A DNA stretch of 64,000 nucleotides. Source: Candidatus Parcubacteria bacterium (GTDB taxonomy: Bacteria > Patescibacteriota > Minisyncoccia > Phycocordibacterales > CAIZLB01). The position numbers and the translations under genes are program-made. The notes beneath the pieces were generated by a model, which was not told where the DNA came from, searched no databases, and worked only from the letters and a program-made list of their open reading frames with translations. The stretch lies in assembly GCA_039795775.1 (NCBI GenBank), contig JBDKLC010000004.1, forward strand, positions 21,982 through 85,981, read 5' to 3'. Of this stretch, positions 8,909 to 18,438 are shown piece after piece; positions within the stretch are counted from its first letter, which is position 1; each line of letters opens with the position of its first letter.

Positions 8909-9181
8909 TTATTTTACAGCGTCTTTGAGTGCTTTCGCAGCTCGGAACTTTGGAACATTCATAGATGGAACATTGATAGTTTCACCTGTTCGTGGGTTTC
9001 GTGCTGATCGAGCTTCTCGCTTCTTCACTGAGAAGATACCAAGACCTGCAATTGAAACTTCTTCACCTTTCTTAAGTGTTGCAATGATGTTTTCGATAAT
9101 TGTATCAACAACTTGTTCAGCCTGAACTTTTGTTGTACCGATAACGTCATGCACTTTTGCAACGATGTCTGCTTTGTTCAT
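8909..9181 (-). CDS. hup: HU family DNA-binding protein
   Basis: MNKADIV, ARNPRTGE, PKFRAAKALKDAV. Confidence 0.97.
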   Translation of the reverse strand: MNKADIVAKVHDVIGTTKVQAEQVVDTIIENIIATLKKGEEVSIAGLGIFSVKKREARSARNPRTGETINVPSMNVPKFRAAKALKDAVK

Positions 9182-9296
9182 AGTACTTGTTTTAAAGTAT
9201 TAAAGCTTTTAAATATTCGAACCTTCTGTCCTTAGAATTCATTATATAATAAGCCATTTTTTGCGCAATAGAATGAACAGTGCGACTCAAAGTTGC

Positions 9297-10829
9297 TTAT
9301 CGAGCAAATTCTATTGATCTAGTTTCTCGGATAACGTTTATTTTGATTTCTCCAGGGTATCGAAGCTCCTTTTCAATCCGTAAAGCTATATTTCTAGCCA
9401 TATTTTGTGATTCGAGGTCTGTGACTTCTTCAGGGAATACAAACACACGAATTTCTCGTCCTGCTTGAAGGGCATACGACTTTTCAACACCTTTATACGA
9501 ATTTGCAATAGCTTCGAGGTCTTCGAGTCGTTTGAGATAGTTTTCGATACTGTCTCGACGCGCTCCTGGTCTTCCTCCTGAAATTGCATCGGCTGTTTGT
9601 ACAATTCGTGATTCAAGTGTCTCGTACGGATATTCTTCGTGATGAGCTTGCATCGCTTTTACAATATCTTCATGTACACCGAACTTCTGAAGAATTCGTC
9701 TACCGATTTCTACGTGAGTGCCTGATACTTCGTGATCGAGAGCTTTTCCGAGGTCGTGGAGAAGGGCACCCGCTTTAGCAACAGAGACATTGGCACCGAG
9801 TTGTTCTGCAAGCATTCCTGCAATGAGAGCTGTTTCGATAGAGTGTTGAAGAACATTTTGTCCGTAACTTGTTCTAAAGTGAAGTCGTCCGAGAATTGCT
9901 ACAATACGTGGGTCGAGATTGAGAACTCCAGCTTCGAATACAGCATTTTCTCCTTTTTCTTTCATTACTTTATTTATATCTGTTCGAGCTTGTTCAACTT
10001 CTTTTTCAATCTTTGCTGGCTGAATACGGCCATCGAGCATGAGTGCTTCAAGAGCAGTCTTTGCAATTTGTCTTCGTACTGGATCAAATGAAGAGAGAGT
10101 GATTGCACCTGGTGTATCGTCTACAACAACTTCAACACCTGTTGCACGCTCAAATGCTTTTATATTTCGTCCTTCTTTTCCAATAACTTTACCTTTAATG
10201 TCATCTGAAGGAATTGGCACATGACTTGTGAAAAGATCTGCAGATACTGATGTAGCAAGTCGTTGAATTGTTGTTGTGAGGATCTCTCGAGATTTTTGTT
10301 CGAGTTGGTCTGTACCAAATGTCTCAAGCTTTCGCATTCGCACAAGTAAATCTTCCTCGGATTCTTTCTCGATAGTAGAGAAGAGTTCTTTCTTTGCATC
10401 TTCTGATGTAAGAGCCGCAACACGCTCAAGTTCTTTAGTCACTTGAGCCTGAGCTGTATCAACTTTATCCTTAATTTCCTTGATATTTTGGATACGAACT
10501 TTGAGATCCTCCACATCTTTGTCGAGGTCTTCTTGTCGTTTTTCCAAGGAATCCTCTTTTTTTATGAGGCGATCTTCAGTTTTTTTGAGATTTTCTTCCT
10601 TTTCACGTACTTCTTCACGCGCATCTTTGAGTGTATCGGATGCCTGTTGTTCTGCTTCGAGGGTAATTCGCTTCGCGTCCTCTTTTGCTTCCACCATCAT
10701 TTGCTTGATTTCAAGCTCAATTGAGCCTTTTTTACCAAGCGCTACGAGGATTCGAAGGATGTACCCAAATGCAAGTCCGACACTCCCCATGAACGCTGCA
10801 ATGAGGAGTACGGTTTGTAGTGGGACCAT
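9297..10829 (-). CDS. rny: Ribonuclease Y
   Basis: N-terminal TM, coiled coil, KH (IGKEGRNI), HD (LLHDLGKA), ADAISGGRPGAR. Confidence 0.97.
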   Translation of the reverse strand: MVPLQTVLLIAAFMGSVGLAFGYILRILVALGKKGSIELEIKQMMVEAKEDAKRITLEAEQQASDTLKDAREEVREKEENLKKTEDRLIKKEDSLEKRQEDLDKDVEDLKVRIQNIKEIKDKVDTAQAQVTKELERVAALTSEDAKKELFSTIEKESEEDLLVRMRKLETFGTDQLEQKSREILTTTIQRLATSVSADLFTSHVPIPSDDIKGKVIGKEGRNIKAFERATGVEVVVDDTPGAITLSSFDPVRRQIAKTALEALMLDGRIQPAKIEKEVEQARTDINKVMKEKGENAVFEAGVLNLDPRIVAILGRLHFRTSYGQNVLQHSIETALIAGMLAEQLGANVSVAKAGALLHDLGKALDHEVSGTHVEIGRRILQKFGVHEDIVKAMQAHHEEYPYETLESRIVQTADAISGGRPGARRDSIENYLKRLEDLEAIANSYKGVEKSYALQAGREIRVFVFPEEVTDLESQNMARNIALRIEKELRYPGEIKINVIRETRSIEFAR

Positions 10830-10841
10830 TGTAGTTTAAGG

Positions 10842-11411
10842 TTAGAGTACTTTGTCTACGATGCCGTATTTCTTGGCTTCGTCGGCTGACAGGAAGAAGT
10901 CTCGTTCTACGTCTTTTTCAATCTTAGAAAGAGGTTGACCTGTTGTTTTTGATAATATTTTGTTAGAAATTTCTCGGAGTCTGAGGATTCGTCGAGCACT
11001 GATTTCGATATCTGTTGCCTGGCCTTCAGCTCCGCCATGTGGCTGGTGAATCATGACATCAGAAGTAGGGAGGGCAAATCGCTTGCCTTTTGCACCAGAA
11101 GTGAGGATTATAGCGCCCATTGAAGCCGCGATACCTACGCAGATAGTAGAAACATCATTTTTGATATGATTCATAGTGTCTACAATAGCGAGACCAGCAG
11201 TAACTGATCCTCCTGGACTATTAATATAGAGATGGATGTCTTTCTTTGGATCTTCTGATTCCAAGAAAAGAAGCTGTGCAATGATAATATTGGCTACATT
11301 GTCATCAATTGGACCTCCGAGGAAGATAATATTGTCTCGAAGAAGTCGGGAATAGATGTCATATGCTCGTTCACCCAATGGTGACTTTTCGATAACTGTA
11401 GGGATAAGCAT
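10842..11411 (-). CDS. clpP: ATP-dependent Clp protease proteolytic subunit
   Basis: [28 protein letters not shown]. Confidence 0.98.
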   Translation of the reverse strand: MLIPTVIEKSPLGERAYDIYSRLLRDNIIFLGGPIDDNVANIIIAQLLFLESEDPKKDIHLYINSPGGSVTAGLAIVDTMNHIKNDVSTICVGIAASMGAIILTSGAKGKRFALPTSDVMIHQPHGGAEGQATDIEISARRILRLREISNKILSKTTGQPLSKIEKDVERDFFLSADEAKKYGIVDKVL

Positions 11412-11452
11412 GCTGTTATTTAGTTAATTTGTGTGGTAATTTAGGTTCAATT

Positions 11453-12190
11453 ATGCGTTTACATCGATTTTTCGTAGCAGAAGGCTGTATAGACGGACAG
11501 AATTGTGTGGTAAAAGATGCAAAACTACTCAATCAATGGAGAAATGTGTTTCGGTATACTACTGGCAGCCGGGTACTCCTTTTTGATGGAACCGGAGCCG
11601 AATACTTGGCTCTTATCGCCAGTATAAACCCAGATAGGTCAGAACTCCAAATTTTGGAAAAAGAGATGCGTGCAACTGAAAAACAGGGTGCAAAAGGCGA
11701 TGGATCGTCAGGCCAAAAGATATATTTATTTCTTTCTATTTTAAAGAACAATAACTTTGACCTTGTACTACAAAAAGCAGCTGAAATTGGCGTAGATGTG
11801 ATCGTTCCTATTGTTTCAGATCGGGTAATCAAGAAAGGTGTGAACATGGAACGTTCGAAACGTATTTTGATAGAAGCATCAGAACAGTCTGGTCATGTGT
11901 CTGTGCCAGAACTTGAAGAACCACAGAATCTGAAAGATGCTTTAGAAAATTTTGATGGAAAACTCATCGTCTGTCAGTCAGGTGCCACACCGTGGAATAA
12001 GAAGTTAATCAGTGGTAGCAAAGATGTTTCATTCGTCATTGGACCAGAAGGGGGATGGTCACCAAATGAAACAATGTTGTTTGAGAAACTTGTTGAAAAT
12101 AAAAAATGTCAGATGGTTTCATTGGGTAATCAGACATTGCGTGCGGAAACAGCCGCAATCGCAGTCCTTAGTCTGGCGTTGCTCCAGTAA
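11453..12190 (+). CDS. rsmE: 16S rRNA m3U1498 methyltransferase
   Basis: MRLHRFF, EASEQSG, IGPEGGW, LRAETA. Confidence 0.95.
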   Translation: MRLHRFFVAEGCIDGQNCVVKDAKLLNQWRNVFRYTTGSRVLLFDGTGAEYLALIASINPDRSELQILEKEMRATEKQGAKGDGSSGQKIYLFLSILKNNNFDLVLQKAAEIGVDVIVPIVSDRVIKKGVNMERSKRILIEASEQSGHVSVPELEEPQNLKDALENFDGKLIVCQSGATPWNKKLISGSKDVSFVIGPEGGWSPNETMLFEKLVENKKCQMVSLGNQTLRAETAAIAVLSLALLQ

Positions 12191-12195
12191 AGTTA

Positions 12196-12235
12196 AAAGA
12201 AAAAACATATGCGTCAGAGCATATGTTTTTTCTTT
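12196..12235. terminator. Bidirectional terminator rsmE/tig
   Basis: aaagaaaaaacatatgc-gtcaga-gcatatgttttttcttt. Confidence 0.8.
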
Positions 12236-12275
12236 GTTTGTAAAAGTAGGAATTATTCCTACTTTTATACGTTAA

Positions 12276-13325
12276 CTATTTTACTTCTTCGAGGAATTTC
12301 CAAACCTTTTCGTTTGTAAGCATTGTCTCTACATAGACTGTTGCTTTCATTGGATCGGCATCCTTGTAGTAATTCAAGATAGCATCAACTTCTTTTTTCA
12401 CTTCTTCGTCTGTAACAGTGATGTTTTCTTTTACAGCGATGTCATTGAGAATGATTTGTGACTTAGCTCGCTTTTCAGCTTCTGGAGTCCATTCTTTTTT
12501 GAGATCTTCGAGTGTTTTATTGATGTGTTTCAAGTACATATCTACGTTGAGGCCCATCTGAGAAACTTGTGAAGAGAGTTCACCGAGCATTCGGTTGAGT
12601 TCTGATTCAACAAGAATATGAGGCATTGTGATAGTAGATTTTTCGATAATAGCGTCAACGGTAAGGATTCGCTTTTTATCTTTTTCTTTCTTTTCTTTTT
12701 CTGCTTTGATACTGATACCGATTTTCTTTTTGAAATCTTCAACAGATTCAAAAGCACCAAACTTAGAAATAAATTCTTCGTTTACTTCTGGGAGTGCGAG
12801 ATCACCGTGGTCATGTGAATGATCCTCAGGATTTTTCTGGTGGTGTTCTGTGTGGGCAACCTGCTGCTGAAGTTCTTTTATAGCGTCTTCGATTTCTTTA
12901 TCTTCAACTGTTACTTCTACTGAAGCAGACATTTCTTTCTTTGCGATTTTTTTGTAATCAGCAATTTCAATCTCAGGTAGGAGAGCTGTTTTGATTTTGA
13001 AACCAAAGGCTTCACCTGGAGCAACTTTAGTAATTGTTACAGCTGGAGAACCAATTGGTTTAATTTTTACTGATGTAACAATTTCTTCGTAGTGTTTTTC
13101 AAGAGCGATTCGGCCTGCTTCTTCAATGATAGCTACTTCACCAAGTCGTTCAACGAGAATCTTTTCAGGAACTTTTCCTGGTCGGAAGCCGTCCATTTTT
13201 AAGTCAGCACCAATAGTTGCAAGAGCCTCAGCTCGAAACTTAGCTACTTCTTCAGCTGTGATTTCACCTTCGATTTCGTATTCACCTGGAACTGGTGAGC
13301 CTTTCTTAATGATTGTAAATGACAT
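12276..13325 (-). CDS. tig: Trigger factor lacking the FKBP domain
   Basis: GFRPGKVP ribosome-binding motif; C-terminal SurA-like domain; 349 aa. Confidence 0.92.
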   Translation of the reverse strand: MSFTIIKKGSPVPGEYEIEGEITAEEVAKFRAEALATIGADLKMDGFRPGKVPEKILVERLGEVAIIEEAGRIALEKHYEEIVTSVKIKPIGSPAVTITKVAPGEAFGFKIKTALLPEIEIADYKKIAKKEMSASVEVTVEDKEIEDAIKELQQQVAHTEHHQKNPEDHSHDHGDLALPEVNEEFISKFGAFESVEDFKKKIGISIKAEKEKKEKDKKRILTVDAIIEKSTITMPHILVESELNRMLGELSSQVSQMGLNVDMYLKHINKTLEDLKKEWTPEAEKRAKSQIILNDIAVKENITVTDEEVKKEVDAILNYYKDADPMKATVYVETMLTNEKVWKFLEEVK

Positions 13326-13353
13326 ATCTAGTTTATCTTTTCTTTAATTATTC

Positions 13354-13884
13354 TTAATTATGCTTTGGATACTTTGCTGTGTACTGTGTTCGAGACTTTT
13401 CGAAAGCTGCCTTAGCTGCTACTGCATCGCCGTATCCGTGAGTTGTCACTTCTTTTTTCTGAAGCTTTTTGTATGTAAGGAAGAAGTGATCAATTTCCTT
13501 GAGTGTATGAGGGTTGATATCTGCGAGATCTTTTACAGCATCCCATCGTGGATCTTCTTCTGGAACTGCAATAATTTTTGCATCAGAGTCGCCACCGTCG
13601 ATCATACTAAGTACTGCAACTGGTCGAACTTTTACGAGAACGCCAGGGAAGAGAGGATAGGTAGTAAGAACTACAACATCGAGAGGATCACCATCGTCCC
13701 AAAGAGTCTGAGGAACAAAACCATAATCAAATGGATAGTCCTGAGATGTGTGAAGTACTCGGTCGAGAGCAATCATTCCTGTTGCTTTATCTACCTCGTA
13801 TTTGTTCTTTGAACCTTTGTTAATTTCGATGATAGTCGTCATGCTGTCCGCTGTACCAGCATCAATGTCGTGCCACAAATTCAT
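13354..13884 (-). CDS. ppa: Family I inorganic pyrophosphatase
   Basis: KYEVDK, YGFVPQT, DGDPLDV. Confidence 0.96.
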   Translation of the reverse strand: MNLWHDIDAGTADSMTTIIEINKGSKNKYEVDKATGMIALDRVLHTSQDYPFDYGFVPQTLWDDGDPLDVVVLTTYPLFPGVLVKVRPVAVLSMIDGGDSDAKIIAVPEEDPRWDAVKDLADINPHTLKEIDHFFLTYKKLQKKEVTTHGYGDAVAAKAAFEKSRTQYTAKYPKHN

Positions 13885-13955
13885 ATGTTTATTTTTTATA
13901 TAACTTTTGTTAATAACAAACCTCAACTAATTTCGCGCAATTATGCGATGCAAAA

Positions 13956-15140
13956 TTATTCTTCGTCTTGAATATTGAACTGAGCTTTAGCAGCATCGAG
14001 TACTTCTTCTGTCGATTCATCTGTTGATGCAACTTTTACAGATTGAATATCAATTCTCCAACCTGTGAGTTTTGCAGCAAGTCGAACGTTCTGTCCTCCT
14101 TTACCGATAGCGAGTGACTGCTGATCTTCAGCAACTTGTACGACAGCTGTTTTATCTGTTTCGTTGAGAGTTACACTGATAACTTTTGCAGGTGAAAGAG
14201 AGTCTTCAATGAATTTAGCCTGATCTTCTGACCATTCGATGATGTCGATTTTTTCTCCACCGAGTTCACTTGTAACAGTGTTAACACGAACACCTCGCTG
14301 ACCTACCATTGAACCTACTGGATCAATGTGTGCGTCTGTTGAGTGAACAGCAATTTTTGATCGTGAGCCAGCTTCTCGAGCAATAGCTTTGATTTCTACT
14401 GTACCAGCAACAATTTCTGGTACTTCAACTTTGAAAAGTTCTGCGAGGAACTTTGGATGAGATCGTGAGAGTCTAAGGAAAATACCACGTGGAGTTTCTT
14501 CTACACGCATGAGGAACATTCGAAGTCGTTCACCTTGTCGGTAGTGTTCACCAGGAATTTTTTCTTCGTATGGAAGCATACCAACAGCTCGTCCCATATC
14601 GATGAATACATTTCCTCGTTCTTCTCGTTGAACTGTACCTGAAACGATTTCATTTTCTCGTTTTCCGAATTCACCAAGAACAGAAACTTTTTCAGCTTCT
14701 CGGATCTTCTGGATGATAACTTGCTTGGCTGTCTGAGCAGCGATTCGGCCGTAATCATCTTTTTGTTCAAGAGGGAACACGAGTTCTTCTCCAACTTGGA
14801 TGTCTTTTTTAATTTTTCGAGCGTCGTCGATAAGGATGTGTTGTTCTTCGTTGTATCGAACTTTTTCTTCTTCGCCTTCTGCTGGAGCTTCTGTTGATTC
14901 TGCATCTTCTGATTCAAAAACAACTTGTGATGGATCAACAGCAACTTTTACTTGTACAAAGTTAGCTGTTCCTGTGTTTACATCAAACTGCGCTCGAATA
15001 AACTGACCTCGTCGGCCGTATTCTTTTTTGTATGCTGTAGCGAGAGCCATTTCGATAGCCTCGATGATTTTTTCTCGAGGAATACCTCGTTCTTCTTCCA
15101 ACTGGTCTAATACTGAGTGAATTACTTTTAAGTCAAACAT
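13956..15140 (-). CDS. nusA: Transcription termination/antitermination factor NusA
   Basis: GRIAAQTAKQV, AREAGSRSKIAV, AIGKGGQNVRLAAKLTGWRIDI. Confidence 0.98.
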   Translation of the reverse strand: MFDLKVIHSVLDQLEEERGIPREKIIEAIEMALATAYKKEYGRRGQFIRAQFDVNTGTANFVQVKVAVDPSQVVFESEDAESTEAPAEGEEEKVRYNEEQHILIDDARKIKKDIQVGEELVFPLEQKDDYGRIAAQTAKQVIIQKIREAEKVSVLGEFGKRENEIVSGTVQREERGNVFIDMGRAVGMLPYEEKIPGEHYRQGERLRMFLMRVEETPRGIFLRLSRSHPKFLAELFKVEVPEIVAGTVEIKAIAREAGSRSKIAVHSTDAHIDPVGSMVGQRGVRVNTVTSELGGEKIDIIEWSEDQAKFIEDSLSPAKVISVTLNETDKTAVVQVAEDQQSLAIGKGGQNVRLAAKLTGWRIDIQSVKVASTDESTEEVLDAAKAQFNIQDEE

Positions 15141-15244
15141 ATATTTATTTGTGTATTTAATTGTTATTTTCCTTATTCTTAGCCATATTTTAGCTGTTTT
15201 TGATCAAAAATTGCTTAAAAATCAATCAAAACGTCAAAATTCGG

Positions 15245-15318
15245 CAAAAAATTAAGCCCGCCGGTGGAGGCGAACTTCTGAATACGGCTATAATAAGGCA
15301 TTTTTCTGTATATGTCAA
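15245..15318 (-). promoter_or_regulatory. nusA promoter and leader attenuator hairpin
   Basis: TTGACA-17-TATTAT on the minus strand, then aagttcgcc-tccacc-ggcgggctt followed by a U tract. Confidence 0.7.
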
Positions 15319-15423
15319 CCTGTTGTGATGGCTAATGTAAGCCATTTTTAGCCTTTTTCGGCCTTTTTATACTATATATAGTGCCTTTTGGTCTCTTTTT
15401 AACACAAATTGTGTATAAAATGC

Positions 15424-15541
15424 TTGATATTTTATACAATATCTTGTATAGTTTGTATAGACATTCTGTCTCACTTCACGTTACCGAGTCACTGACGTTC
15501 GTTAACACAACCACAACAAACCAAACCCATAAGGAGGGTTC
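15424..15541 (+). promoter_or_regulatory. Promoter, leader and strong SD of the 784-aa gene
   Basis: TTGATA-17-TATAGT; AAGGAGG just before the ATG. Confidence 0.6.
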
Positions 15542-17896
15542 ATGAAAACAAACCAAACACGTCTGATGTTGGCCGCCTTGTGGCTGCTAACTTTCTTCAC
15601 TGCAACTGCTCGCAGCGACACGATCAATGGCTATTATGGCTACACCGTGGCGCCCGCGCGCGATGATTATCCTGACTATCCGGTGTTCCAAACCTGGAGC
15701 ATTGATTTTCAGGGAAGTCTCTACAACGGAGCGGACTCGCCTAGCCAGGGGGTTCCGCATTCATATAAGCTCTTCCGTTCGGGAGGTATGCACGTTGAAG
15801 CTCATCGTCTCATCTCTTCGGTGACGACGCTCGGGCTATGGGAATCGGAGATCGACGCAAACCGTCCTCCGCTCCCTGGGGAGACACAACAAAATCCCTT
15901 CAATATCCAGAAAGGCAATCAACTCGTCCTCGGAATCCGGCTGCAAAGCCAAACCAAATTCCGACTTAAGGATATTGTCTATGGGGTGGGAACTACGAGT
16001 TCCTCTGGGATCTTCGGATACCAGAAAGACATGGCTGCACAAGCCACGTTTAAGATCCCATTCATTCTGGGCCGTTACTACGGAGCAGATGGCATCGCCG
16101 GCACGCCGGATGATGTCTCCTACGGAAACTTCACGCCGAATACGGCGCCGATCAACGAGATCACAATCATCATTGGTCAAGGCATAAACATGGATGCTGA
16201 GACCGGAACAACTGATGCTGAGCGTCTTCATAAAGCGCTTTCGAAATTCAACGAAGACTTCCAAGTCTGGGCCACCGCTAAGGTATGGCCCTACGATGAT
16301 TCGAGGACTACAACGCCTTTCGAGGTGACGGGTCCCCAGCTCACTGTTCTCGCGGTGAATCCCATCATTCGCACTGCTCCGACTTCACAATCGGCGCGGC
16401 GCGGACACAACGCTACCTTTACGGTGAGCGCGACAGGCAAAGACTTGAGTTACCAATGGTTCCGCGACGGGGCGACGATTGATGGTGCGACAAGCGCCAG
16501 CTACACAATCAGCTCAGTAACGGACGCCGACGATGCAGCACAACTGCGCGTAACGGTAACGAATAGTTTTGGTGAGGCAGTCAGCGATGACGTCTCGCTC
16601 ACGGTGACACCACCGTTTGCACCCACAGCTGTGACTGGTAGCGCCTCTGGCGTAACCACAAACAGTGCGGTGCTTTCGGGCACCGTGAACACCAACGAGG
16701 AACCCTCAACAGTCTGGTGGATAGAGTACGGGGACAACAACTCGTATTCGAATCTCACACCCCTGACGGCGCTTCAAACGTCGGCAGATATGCAACAAGT
16801 TTCGGTCGCCATCGGCGATTTGATTCCACGTCGGGACTACATGTTCCGGATCGTTGCACAAGGGCCAGGCGGCACAACCTACGGTGAAGATCACTTCTTT
16901 ACTACGGCGACGCCGACACAACCCTTCCTGGGTGTGAGCGGGACCTTCCAAGGTCTCATTGGTGATAATGGCGAGGGGATGATGAATATCACACTCGCCA
17001 AGACTGGTAAGTTTACTGCTGTAGTTTCCTTCGGGGGCAAGCGGTATAGCGTCAAAGGTCGTTTCGACAATGACGGCAAATTCTTGGTTCAGCTCGGCAA
17101 GTCCGGGTTGCTCCTGAGCTTGTCGCTCGATGTTTACGATACCGGCGAACTTACGGGTGGAATTGTTGGTGCAGGAGGTGGAGACGTTCAATTCGTCCGC
17201 CGCGCGGTGTATAGCCGCAAAAATCCAGCACCACAAACAGGGGACTACACCTTGCTTGCGCATCCGACGGAAATCGTCGGTCCAATTCCTCAGGGCGACG
17301 CGAGTCTGCTCATGAAGGTCACCAAAACCGGCCACGTTACACTGGTCGGTAAACTACCGGACAACACGCCAATCTCCCAAGGAGGAGCTCTGGCAACCGA
17401 TAACTCATTTCGCGTCTTCACTCGCCCCGGGCGAAAAGGCGTGATCGCTGGATTTGTGGCCTTCGAGGCTACGACCACAAAAGATCTCTCCGGAGATCTC
17501 TACTGGAACAAGCCAGCAAATGAGAAGGCAAAGCAGTATCCGCAAGGATTCGCTGCAAGCCTGTCGGCCGAAGGTTCTCGCTATGTCGCGGAGCCTTGGA
17601 CACAGTCGTGTCCGCCTGCTAGCCTCTCTCTTGAAAGAGGCAATCTTTTGAGCGAAATCAATCGTTCGCTCACCGGCACACCGAAGGGATTCGTTGTGCA
17701 AAACCCTGGAGGTGAAGGCCTTCAGTTGAAAAGAACAAGCAGAGGGTTGGTAACCGGGAGCTTCGTGCACCCGCTCACCAACAAACGTGTCCCATTGAGG
17801 GGCGTATTACTCCAGAAATCTGGAGGGGGTGGTGGCTACTTCGTAGGTCCTCAAGAGACCGGAAGTGTGGTTGTCGAGTTAGCTACTGGAATGTAG
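15542..17896 (+). CDS. Secreted multidomain protein: signal peptide, unknown domain, Ig-like, FN3-like, Verrucomicrobia-like C-terminal region
   Basis: Ig motif ATFTVSATG..LSYQWFRDG; FN3 APTAVTGSAS...GGTTYGED; GC and codon usage differ from flanks. Confidence 0.8.
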   Translation: MKTNQTRLMLAALWLLTFFTATARSDTINGYYGYTVAPARDDYPDYPVFQTWSIDFQGSLYNGADSPSQGVPHSYKLFRSGGMHVEAHRLISSVTTLGLWESEIDANRPPLPGETQQNPFNIQKGNQLVLGIRLQSQTKFRLKDIVYGVGTTSSSGIFGYQKDMAAQATFKIPFILGRYYGADGIAGTPDDVSYGNFTPNTAPINEITIIIGQGINMDAETGTTDAERLHKALSKFNEDFQVWATAKVWPYDDSRTTTPFEVTGPQLTVLAVNPIIRTAPTSQSARRGHNATFTVSATGKDLSYQWFRDGATIDGATSASYTISSVTDADDAAQLRVTVTNSFGEAVSDDVSLTVTPPFAPTAVTGSASGVTTNSAVLSGTVNTNEEPSTVWWIEYGDNNSYSNLTPLTALQTSADMQQVSVAIGDLIPRRDYMFRIVAQGPGGTTYGEDHFFTTATPTQPFLGVSGTFQGLIGDNGEGMMNITLAKTGKFTAVVSFGGKRYSVKGRFDNDGKFLVQLGKSGLLLSLSLDVYDTGELTGGIVGAGGGDVQFVRRAVYSRKNPAPQTGDYTLLAHPTEIVGPIPQGDASLLMKVTKTGHVTLVGKLPDNTPISQGGALATDNSFRVFTRPGRKGVIAGFVAFEATTTKDLSGDLYWNKPANEKAKQYPQGFAASLSAEGSRYVAEPWTQSCPPASLSLERGNLLSEINRSLTGTPKGFVVQNPGGEGLQLKRTSRGLVTGSFVHPLTNKRVPLRGVLLQKSGGGGGYFVGPQETGSVVVELATGM

Positions 17897-17911
17897 CAGC
17901 TCTCGAATCCC

Positions 17912-17963
17912 GTCGTTTCCCCCGGGTGCGCAAGCACCCGGGGGAACGATGAGGATTTTTTTT
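17912..17963 (+). terminator. Long GC-rich terminator
   Basis: ttcccccgggtgc-gcaa-gcacccgggggaa followed by a T run. Confidence 0.85.
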
Positions 17964-18090
17964 TGCATTTTTTTGCAAAAAGTTTTTTATAAACACAACT
18001 TCATTGTATGTAGGGTTCAGATTGATTATAATTGGAGAAGCAAAATAGTCTTCTCTATTTTTTATAATTTATATTCTTGCGTATCAAATA

Positions 18091-18435
18091 ATGTTTATGA
18101 AAGAATCTCTCCGTACTTTTTTTAGAAATAATAAAAAACTCATTTTGAGCGTATTTATTGTCTGGGGTTTTGTTCTTATTGCTGTTCTTGTAGTAGCTGC
18201 ATATAGAAATAGTTTACAGCAGTCGAGTTTGACACCAAAAGTTCCTCCTGGATATATTGCTCCAATTCCTCAATCTAAAAAAGAACTTATTTTAAATGAA
18301 ACTGATCCGTATGCAGTACCTGTTATTATTTCTGACACTCAGAAACAAAAACTATTAAATAAGAAAGATACTGGAGCTATAAAAACACCAAATCTATCAA
18401 ACCAAGAGAAAGAATTAATTATTCAAGGAAATTAA
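18091..18435 (+). CDS. Single-TM hypothetical protein
   Basis: Basic N-terminus plus hydrophobic helix; 3 nt before the next gene. Confidence 0.7.
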   Translation: MFMKESLRTFFRNNKKLILSVFIVWGFVLIAVLVVAAYRNSLQQSSLTPKVPPGYIAPIPQSKKELILNETDPYAVPVIISDTQKQKLLNKKDTGAIKTPNLSNQEKELIIQGN

Positions 18436-18438
18436 TTT

